DNA from: a candidate division WOR-3 bacterium
Lineage (GTDB): Bacteria; Hydrothermota; Hydrothermia; LBFQ01
Length of the DNA: 11,256 nt
Assembly: GCA_027050205.1 (NCBI GenBank)
Contig: JALUCS010000079.1
Coordinates: 1-11,256 of the forward strand
Reading direction: 5' to 3'
This document shows positions 1 to 6,106 of this stretch, piece by piece (positions within the stretch are counted from its first letter, which is position 1; each line of letters opens with the position of its first letter). The position numbers and the translations under genes were made by a program. A model generated the notes under the pieces. That model made no database searches, was not told where the DNA came from, and worked only from the letters and a program-made list of their open reading frames with translations.

Positions 1-1488
1 CCGATAGCCGAACTGATGGTGAGCCTGATAGAGGCGCCGAAGGACGTAAGGGTCCTTGACAGCGGGTGCGGTAGGGGGGTGTTCATAGAGGCACTCCTGA
101 AGGCCGGCTTCAAGAACGTACGGGGAATAGAGATAGACCCCCAGCTCTACGCCGAATGCTCCGGGAAGTACGGAGACAGGGCGGAGATACTGAAGGGCGA
201 CTTCCTGAAGCACAGGGACACCTACGACGTCATAATCGGCAATCCCCCTTACGTGCATTTCAACAGCCTTCCTCCCCATCTGTCCGAAGAGGTGAGCCGG
301 ATAATCCGCTCCCGCGAGGGCGACATATACTACGCCTTCATCCTGAAGGCTCTGGAACTTTTGCGGGAGGGTGGGCAACTGGTGTATATCGTCCCCTACC
401 ACTTCTTCTACAACACCTACGCCAGAGTCGTCCGTGAGGCCCTCTTGAGGAAGGGGAGCCTTGAGGTGGTGATAGACCTTGACGAGGTGCGGATATTCTC
501 AAAGAGTCCGGAGACGGTCATATTCAGGTTCGTAAAGGGGAGAAAGGGGGAGAGGATGAAGATCCTCCGGATAAAGGACCGTAAGGCGACCCCCAAAGAG
601 ATAAGGGACCTCGCCCTTGATGCCCTGAAGAATGGGCGGTCCAACCGCCTGTTTCACTACTCGGAGGCCCCGCAGTTCCGGACGGCCGGGCCGTGGTCCT
701 CCTTCGTCGCCGGGATCCCCGAATTTGAGGGTATCCCCCTCAAAAAACTGGCCAAGGTGGGGGTGGGTCTGGTCTCCGGCTTTGACGAGGCCTTCAGGGT
801 CTCACAGGAGGAGCTAACGACCTTCAGCGACGAGGAGAGGAAACTGGTTAAGAGGTTCGTTAAGGCCAGAAACTGCGACCGCTTCGTCGTCAGGGGGCAT
901 GCCCTATACATCGTTATGGACGACCGCATCCGGGACGAGGGACATCTAAGGGAGAGGTACCCCAACATCTACGCCAGACTCCTGCCCTACAGGGAGAGGA
1001 TGACGAAGAGGTACCTTCCGGCGGGGAAGCGGTGGTTTCACTATCAGGCCCTCCGGAACTACACCTTCCTGCTCTCCCACATCTCCGAACCGAAGATATA
1101 CGTCCCTACCCTTGACAGGCGCCCCTACAACCGCTTCAGCCTCTCCTACGGCCCAGATCTACCCTCCGGGGACGTCCTCTTCATCTACCCCTACAGGAGG
1201 GAGGACCTCCTGTTTCTCCTCGGCTACTTAAACACCCGCTTCTTCAGGGAGTACTACCTTGGGCGGGGAGGGAGGAGGGGCGGGAGGGTGTCCTTCACCC
1301 AGAGGCTCCTTGAGAGGGCGGAGGTACCGGCCTTCAGCAAAGAGGTGAAGGAAAGGATATCCGCCCTGTCCGGAGAGATAGTCTCAAGACGGATGGAGGG
1401 GGAGGATACAACGGCCCTTGAGGAGGAGATTGAGCGTACGGTGAGGGAGGCCATAGAGGGGGGAAGGCGGACGGTCTCGTTGTTCTGA
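1..1488 (+). CDS. N6-adenine DNA methyltransferase, gamma class (M.TaqI/Eco57I-like), 5'-truncated by the window edge
   Basis: Motif I VLDSGCGRGVF, then GIEID and GDFL, precede catalytic motif IV IIGNPPY, the gamma order. DIYYAFI and LVYIVP follow, then a C-terminal TRD-like region ending LLGYLNT. The frame is open from base 1 (ccg ata gcc gaa ctg atg = PIAELM, resembling the end of motif X), so the true start is upstream of the window. Confidence 0.9.
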   Translation, partial: PIAELMVSLIEAPKDVRVLDSGCGRGVFIEALLKAGFKNVRGIEIDPQLYAECSGKYGDRAEILKGDFLKHRDTYDVIIGNPPYVHFNSLPPHLSEEVSRIIRSREGDIYYAFILKALELLREGGQLVYIVPYHFFYNTYARVVREALLRKGSLEVVIDLDEVRIFSKSPETVIFRFVKGRKGERMKILRIKDRKATPKEIRDLALDALKNGRSNRLFHYSEAPQFRTAGPWSSFVAGIPEFEGIPLKKLAKVGVGLVSGFDEAFRVSQEELTTFSDEERKLVKRFVKARNCDRFVVRGHALYIVMDDRIRDEGHLRERYPNIYARLLPYRERMTKRYLPAGKRWFHYQALRNYTFLLSHISEPKIYVPTLDRRPYNRFSLSYGPDLPSGDVLFIYPYRREDLLFLLGYLNTRFFREYYLGRGGRRGGRVSFTQRLLERAEVPAFSKEVKERISALSGEIVSRRMEGEDTTALEEEIERTVREAIEGGRRTVSLF

Positions 1489-1506
1489 CGGCAATCTGCC
1501 CGGTTC

Positions 1507-2226
1507 TTAGAAACCCTCAACCCTCTTACCTATGCCGAAGTGTAAGGTGCCTGAAGGTGTAACGTACCATCCACCTATGGTTCCGATGTGTCCGATGTTC
1601 CAACCGCTCATAAAGGAAAAGGTGTAATCCGAATGGTGCAGGGAGGTAATTATGAGGACATCGGACGTGTATTCGTTGGAGCCAGGCAACAGACTTGCAC
1701 CTAAGGTCAGGCGTTCCGGTTTACCGAATCCGACGAGGAGGTCCAACCTGGGCGAAAGTACAAAGAAGAACCTACTGTGGTATTGGCGAAAGAGGAACCC
1801 TTGGCCAAAGGAGGGTTTTATGGAAAATCTGACAGGATCGGTTGGGATACCGACCTTTACGTAAGGATATACATCTACCAAACCTTCCCACCCCCACCGG
1901 TTCGTGTGGGACGGTGCCATCGTGTACTTGTAGTATCCTACCGCTACACCTCCCATTACCCCGACCTCAACTATCCTCCTCCATCCGTATCCCGCCTGTA
2001 CGTCGCCCCGTACGTTGAAGTCCCGCGAGTAGTAAAGGGTACTCCCACTGAATGGGTTGAAATCCTCGTATATTTCGTAGTAATGTTGGCCACCTAATCC
2101 CACCTTCAGGTTTCTGGAGTTGTCGGGTATCTCGGCGGTATCGTAGCTTATGGGGGTGCTGAAGCAGGAAGCCAAGAACGTTATACCTACCGATAGGAGC
2201 GCAACCGACCTTGAGATACCTTTCAC
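1507..2226 (-). CDS. Putative lipoprotein / outer-membrane beta-rich protein, 239 aa from GTG at 2226
   Basis: Starting at GTG 2226 gives MKGISRSVALLSVGITFLAS-C21: basic n-region, hydrophobic h-region and lipobox LASC. TATAAT lies 9 nt upstream. The body is Gly/aromatic-rich with alternating beta-strand patterns. The 31 extra N-terminal codons in the ORF track (from 2319) run through the AT-rich promoter region. Confidence 0.7.
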   Translation of the reverse strand: MKGISRSVALLSVGITFLASCFSTPISYDTAEIPDNSRNLKVGLGGQHYYEIYEDFNPFSGSTLYYSRDFNVRGDVQAGYGWRRIVEVGVMGGVAVGYYKYTMAPSHTNRWGWEGLVDVYPYVKVGIPTDPVRFSIKPSFGQGFLFRQYHSRFFFVLSPRLDLLVGFGKPERLTLGASLLPGSNEYTSDVLIITSLHHSDYTFSFMSGWNIGHIGTIGGWYVTPSGTLHFGIGKRVEGF

Positions 2227-2235
2227 GAGTCTATT

Positions 2236-2241
2236 ATTATA
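2236..2241 (-). promoter_or_regulatory. -10 box TATAAT, 9 nt before GTG of the lipoprotein gene
   Basis: The minus strand reads TATAAT-aatagactc-GTG. Confidence 0.65.
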
Positions 2242-2291
2242 TCGCTGCAAGGGGTCTTCACGGGGTTTTTTAAGTGGATTTATTGCACATT

Positions 2292-2309
2292 TTGTGATGT
2301 ATTTCATAA
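2292..2309. promoter_or_regulatory. Palindromic operator, Rex- or CRP/FNR-family-like
   Basis: TTGTGATgtatTTCATAA matches 12/14 positions of the Rex consensus TTGTGAA-N4-TTCACAA and 9/10 of the CRP consensus TGTGA-N6-TCACA. It lies in the AT-rich divergent intergenic region. Confidence 0.5.
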
Positions 2310-2361
2310 ACAGGATCATTTTCTGATATTCACACTGGTAACGTGTTTGTCAAATCGGCCG

Positions 2362-2367
2362 TACAAT
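2362..2367 (+). promoter_or_regulatory. -10 box TACAAT, 7 nt before GTG 2375
   Basis: TACAAT-ttttttt-GTG. Confidence 0.6.
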
Positions 2368-2374
2368 TTTTTTT

Positions 2375-3069
2375 GTGATCGCTGCCCTACTAACAACAAT
2401 GGGACCTAGGGTGGTACCCGTAGCAGATACCTCGTACATAAGGGTGCCGAACTACATAATCATAGTCACCCCGGACGGTGATACCATCCGCAAGCCTATA
2501 TACTGCGCCCCCGGTGTCATATGCGACAGCATAATCCGGGTTGTGAAGCCGGATCCCGGTGAGTGGTGGCCCGGTACTCCCGTACGTATAGACACCGTTC
2601 AACCTAAGTTCCCCCCCTTGAGGGCTGCAAAAGGAGGTTCGGCAAACCGACGACCTTTATATTTGACACCATCACGGTAGGGAACATGCACTATACCTTC
2701 CCCGAAGGCATAGTTTCTAACTACCTTGACTCCGCCCGGTACTACGGAAGCAAGGGGTTAAAGTTCTATTTGAGAACGAACGGAAGTGCGAGGATAAAGA
2801 TAGGTGTCTGGCTCCACGATGAGAACGCTTTCTACAGAACTACTGTGTATAAGAGAGGATCAAGTTTCCTGAACATAGACTTCCACGAAGATCTTGAGCA
2901 GGCTCCCTGGGGACCTCCACGTTTTGGACCGTCTATACCTAACGATAGGCATGAACGGGCCAAACCCAAAATCCCGCGGAATAAGCTGATCGTTGAGATA
3001 ACAGCCCGGATACCCAATTACGAAGGGAAACCCCTCAAAGTGGAGGTGTCGGAGTTATGCTTGTATTGA
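2375..3069 (+). pseudogene. Single gene split by a frameshift at C7 (2611-2617); C-terminal part resembles a CBM11/CIA30-like beta-sandwich
   Basis: ORF 2375..2680 and ORF 2686..3069 fuse into 231 aa if one C is added to the C7 run (...PKF PP LEGCKRRFGKPTTFIFDTITVGNMHY...). The downstream frame opens at 2608, right after a TAA at 2605-2607 and just before the run. The segment YYGSKGLKFYLRTNGS...FLNIDFHEDLEQAPWG recalls CBM11/CIA30, judged by eye only. Confidence 0.6.
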
Positions 3070-3093
3070 ACCTTGTCATACACTTTTCAGCGG

Positions 3094-3099
3094 TATAAT
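3094..3099 (+). promoter_or_regulatory. -10 box TATAAT, 6 nt before ATG 3106
   Basis: TATAAT-acccct-ATG. A TTGTCA at 3073-3078 could be a -35 with a short 15-nt spacer. Confidence 0.7.
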
Positions 3100-3105
3100 A
3101 CCCCT

Positions 3106-4113
3106 ATGATACCCGTAATGCTCTCCCAGATCTATCCCCCGGAGATGGCTATGAGTGGGTACGTGAAAGGGGAGGTTAGGAGGTACGCCCTCGGCGGGTC
3201 GCGCTCTGGGTACGAAATTGACAGCGTGGTAAGTATAGGTAGCCCTACTTGGATAGGGTGCATACTCCCCACCGGTAGCCAGATAGTGACCGTAAAGACC
3301 TGGAACCCCGATTCTTCCCGCGTGGATACCTTCTACGCGTACTACAACACCTTCTACTTCGTTGAGTTCTTCAAAAAACCTTACTTCGGACTTGATGCGA
3401 GCCTCTCCGGCAGGGGCATAGCCATCAGATCCCTGAAGTTCCCGATAACGCCGGGGGATAGGTGGCCTGCTTACGACTGGTGCGGCCCACAACCCGGAGA
3501 CATTTACGGGATGGGCGATATAGACGGGAACGGACTTCCCGACTCCATCGTGTTCATGCCCTCCGAAATGTGGTACGAGTACGTTTCACCCGATACGGAC
3601 ACGGTCATAACTGCGGGGAGTATAGGGTACTATCTCCTCTACTCCTTCCGGGATACCGTCAGGTACGTCAGCGATACGAACTATACGGTGCTTCTCGGTA
3701 GATGGTTCCGCCATTACGACTACATACACTTCACCTACATAAAGAACGTAGGGTACGTAGAGTACAGGGTTGATTCTTCGGAGGTGTATTATTATTCCCG
3801 CGTTTATCACAAGAGCGGCCGCCTTGATATGCTCACAACAACCTTAGACAGCACGGCCACGCTTTACGACCTCTACTCCCGTACGAGGGAACCCCTGAAC
3901 GTAGCAGAGAATACCGGAAGGGAGCGACCCACCCTGACTGTCAAGGGCAGAAGGGTGTATATAAGGTGCGGTGGGTGTCCGTACAGCATCTACGCTTCGG
4001 ATGGGCGGATGGTTAGGGCCGGTACGTCGGTGGGGGAGACCTCCATCCCCCTGAAAGCCAGCATATATTTCGTAAAGGTGGCCAACGGGGTTGAAAGGGT
4101 AATTATAAGGTAG
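3106..4113 (+). CDS. Secreted protein with T9SS type A-like C-terminal sorting domain, 335 aa
   Basis: The C-terminus NVAE...YSIYASDGRMV...LKASIYFVKVANGVERVIIR fits the Por/T9SS CTD pattern (IYxxxGrxV...GxYfvk...k(v/i)ii). It has a DxDxNG Ca-binding-like loop (GDIDGNGLPD) and is Tyr-rich. The start was moved from TTG 3073 to ATG 3106 because of the -10 box. Confidence 0.7.
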   Translation: MIPVMLSQIYPPEMAMSGYVKGEVRRYALGGSRSGYEIDSVVSIGSPTWIGCILPTGSQIVTVKTWNPDSSRVDTFYAYYNTFYFVEFFKKPYFGLDASLSGRGIAIRSLKFPITPGDRWPAYDWCGPQPGDIYGMGDIDGNGLPDSIVFMPSEMWYEYVSPDTDTVITAGSIGYYLLYSFRDTVRYVSDTNYTVLLGRWFRHYDYIHFTYIKNVGYVEYRVDSSEVYYYSRVYHKSGRLDMLTTTLDSTATLYDLYSRTREPLNVAENTGRERPTLTVKGRRVYIRCGGCPYSIYASDGRMVRAGTSVGETSIPLKASIYFVKVANGVERVIIR

Positions 4114-4177
4114 ATACAACTGCGGTTTTTATGGGGGCAGTATAGGGTGATAGGTGCCGGATGAGGTCCCTTCGGGT

Positions 4178-4183
4178 TAGAAT
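4178..4183 (+). promoter_or_regulatory. -10 box TAGAAT, 6 nt before TTG 4190
   Basis: TAGAAT-tccctc-TTG, with no Shine-Dalgarno sequence. Confidence 0.65.
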
Positions 4184-4189
4184 TCCCTC

Positions 4190-5332
4190 TTGAAGGTCTG
4201 CATCGTTTCCTACTTCTTTCCGCCGAACAACTCCTCCGGCGCCCAGAGGTGGAGCAAGTTGGTCAAGTGTCTCCATCGGATGGGGAACGACGTCTGCGTC
4301 CTCGCTAACGTTGGCGATAGGTTCGGCGGGGAGGATCCGGCTCGCGCCCTGGAGATGCGTAAGTTCGCCCGCATCTACCGACTCTTCTGGCATATCCCCC
4401 ACAGGCCCCCTACCCTGTCCGAGAGCCGGCTCAAGAGTATCCTGAAGTTCTTCGTACAACCCGACTCCCGCCTACCTTTCTTCCTCTTCCACCTCAAAAG
4501 GATGCTCCGGATCCTCCGTAGGGAGAGGCCCCACGTCCTCATAGCGACGGCACCCCCCTTCTCCGCCCTGATAGCGGGCCGCATCCTGTCCGGCAAGACG
4601 GGGATACCCTTCGTAGCCGACCTACGGGACCCTTGGCTCAACGACCCCCACCGCCCCAACCGTTTGGCCAAATACCTCTTAGAGAGGTGGGTACTCAAAG
4701 GGGCGGAGGCCGTCCTCGTTATAAACGATGGGGAAACCTACGAGGAGGCCGTAAGGTTCAACCGGAACGTAGTCGTCCTTGAGCATACCTACGACCCCGA
4801 CGATTACACCCTACCCCCTGTCCCCCATCCGGGTGAGGTTTGGGTCTCCTACCTAGGCTCGCTCTACTCGTCCGTACAGAGGAGGATAATCGGGCAACTG
4901 CCCCATCTCCTACCGGAAGGCTTCAGATTGAGGGTCTTCGGGCCGGGTACGGGTAGGCTCCTCAACCGCAGGGAGGCCTTTAGGGAGATGCTCTCCTCCG
5001 ACGTCCTCTTGGTCTTGGACTTGGCAGCGAGGCGGAAGAAGTTGGGGTCGTCCATAAAGTTCTACGACTACCTCGGTACTGGGAAACCCATCGTCGTCGT
5101 ATCGGAAAACCCCTTCCTCCTGAGGCGGGCCGAATCCCTCGGCCTCCTAACCGTTCCCCCCACCCCTACCGCCGTAGCAAAAACCATCGTCAAGGCCCAC
5201 TTAGAGGGCCGCTCCCCCAACCGCAAACGGTACGAATATCGTTTGGACGTCGCCTGCTGTAAATTGGTCAGGACGCTCTACCGAGCGGTTAGCACTCGCA
5301 GCTCCGGAGGACCATCAGGTCTACGTCCTTAG
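4190..5332 (+). CDS. Glycosyltransferase family 4 (GT-B fold)
   Basis: N-terminal KVCIVSYFFPPNNSSGAQRW, followed by ATAPPFS, PFVADLRDPW and C-terminal SIKFYDYLGTGKPIV. These are typical GT4 signatures. Confidence 0.88.
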   Translation: MKVCIVSYFFPPNNSSGAQRWSKLVKCLHRMGNDVCVLANVGDRFGGEDPARALEMRKFARIYRLFWHIPHRPPTLSESRLKSILKFFVQPDSRLPFFLFHLKRMLRILRRERPHVLIATAPPFSALIAGRILSGKTGIPFVADLRDPWLNDPHRPNRLAKYLLERWVLKGAEAVLVINDGETYEEAVRFNRNVVVLEHTYDPDDYTLPPVPHPGEVWVSYLGSLYSSVQRRIIGQLPHLLPEGFRLRVFGPGTGRLLNRREAFREMLSSDVLLVLDLAARRKKLGSSIKFYDYLGTGKPIVVVSENPFLLRRAESLGLLTVPPTPTAVAKTIVKAHLEGRSPNRKRYEYRLDVACCKLVRTLYRAVSTRSSGGPSGLRP

Positions 5333-5633
5333 GCACGATGGAGGTGTCGGCCCCGGCACATACGACTATGATCCGTGTAAGGATACGCACACCCTCCACG
5401 TCAAACTTCTTCGTGTGTCTCTCCAAGGCCTCTATATGCTCCTCGGTGACCTTACAGTCGGCTATAACCTCCACTACAACCTTATCAACGTGCGTCTTCC
5501 TGCGACGCTCAACGATGAAGTCCGGGTTGTCGGCCCTCTCCCTGTCCAACTTACGTATGATCCACCCATCCTCATAGGGGAACCTCTTGCGGAGGTTCGC
5601 CTTGACGTAGGGATACATATCAACGGCTCTCAT
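5289..5633 (-). CDS. Small PD-(D/E)XK restriction-endonuclease-fold protein (Mrr/NucS-like), degenerate active site
   Basis: PDFIVE...VVVEVI...HIEALERH...RIIVVC parallels PD...ExK...QLxxY...GIxV of the Mrr/NucS-like clade. It has its own TATAAT and host-like codon use, and overlaps the GT4 3' end by 44 nt. Confidence 0.55.
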   Translation of the reverse strand: MRAVDMYPYVKANLRKRFPYEDGWIIRKLDRERADNPDFIVERRRKTHVDKVVVEVIADCKVTEEHIEALERHTKKFDVEGVRILTRIIVVCAGADTSIVPKDVDLMVLRSCEC

Positions 5634-5643
5634 AAAGGCGGGT

Positions 5644-5649
5644 ATTATA
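5644..5649 (-). promoter_or_regulatory. -10 box TATAAT, 10 nt before ATG 5633
   Basis: The minus strand reads TATAAT-acccgccttt-ATG. Confidence 0.65.
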
Positions 5650-5698
5650 CTGGGGAAACGTAAGCCGGATATACCCCCTCGGCCCTCAATAAAAAAAG

Positions 5699-5782
5699 TG
5701 CCGGGGGCGGGACTTGAACCCGCACGGGCCGAAGCCCACTAGGTCCTGAACCTAGCGCGTCTGCCAATTCCGCCACCCCGGC
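5699..5782 (-). tRNA. tRNA-Leu(CAG), CCA not encoded
   Basis: The reverse complement is GCCGGGGTGGCGGAATTGGCAGACGCGCTAGGTTCAGGACCTAGTGGGCTTCGGCCCGTGCGGGTTCAAGTCCCGCCCCCGGCA. Acceptor stem GCCGGGG/CCCCGGC, anticodon arm CTAGG-TTCAGGA-CCTAG, long variable arm GGGC-TTCG-GCCC, T-loop GTTCAAGTC and discriminator A, followed by CTTTTTTT. Confidence 0.97.
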
Positions 5783-5792
5783 AGAGGAAGAT

Positions 5793-5798
5793 ATTTTA
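5793..5798 (-). promoter_or_regulatory. -10 box TAAAAT, 10 nt before the tRNA 5' end
   Basis: The minus strand reads TAAAAT-atcttcctct-GCCGGGG. Confidence 0.6.
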
Positions 5799-5872
5799 AG
5801 GGTGTAGCCCGTGCGTTTTGGTTAGGAGGGGCGGTCTCCGTACCTGCTGTCCCCAAGGCTTTGGCTACTAAG

Positions 5873-5989
5873 ATCTTGAAGTCTGATTTGTGTTAGACTT
5901 CCTTGAAGTGTTATTTCAACTTACTTGAATCGAACTTCGTCCGAAACCGTTCAAAATCTTGCAATGATGGTGCAACAATCTTGAAGTCT
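5873..5989. repeat. AT-rich intergenic patch with a 12-bp direct repeat ATCTTGAAGTCT and iterated CTTGAA motifs
   Basis: ATCTTGAAGTCT occurs at 5873-5884 and 5978-5989. CTTGAA occurs at 5875, 5902, 5924 and 5980, and CTTGCA at 5958. Inverted elements are GAAGTCT/AGACTTC (5878-5901) and TTGAA-N7-TTCAA (5903-5919). Confidence 0.55.
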
Positions 5990-6092
5990 AAATCCCAGCC
6001 GGATATCCGAACGGGAAGGTTAGAGTGTCCTATCCGTCGGCGATCTCCCGACACCTCGCCCGTATCCGAAGGCCGTGGTCCCCTTACCGTCT

Positions 6093-6098
6093 TAAAAT
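6093..6098 (+). promoter_or_regulatory. -10 box TAAAAT, 8 nt before ATG 6107
   Basis: TAAAAT-caccggta-ATG TGC GGC. Confidence 0.65.
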
Positions 6099-6106
6099 CA
6101 CCGGTA

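Noticed and set aside
1489..1506. GGCA-ATC-TGCC hairpin between convergent genes as a terminator
   Set aside because: A 4-bp stem with no U-tract is too weak to call.
2227..2319. 31-codon N-terminal extension of the lipoprotein ORF
   Set aside because: It runs through the AT-rich promoter and operator region. The GTG at 2226 gives a canonical lipoprotein signal.
5699..5730. tRNA 3' end as the att site of an integrated element
   Set aside because: No second copy of the tRNA 3' end and no integrase were found within the window.
5903..6106. 68-codon N-terminal extension of asnB in the ORF track
   Set aside because: Ntn amidotransferases need Cys at position 2 (MCGI at 6107), and a -10 box sits just before 6107.
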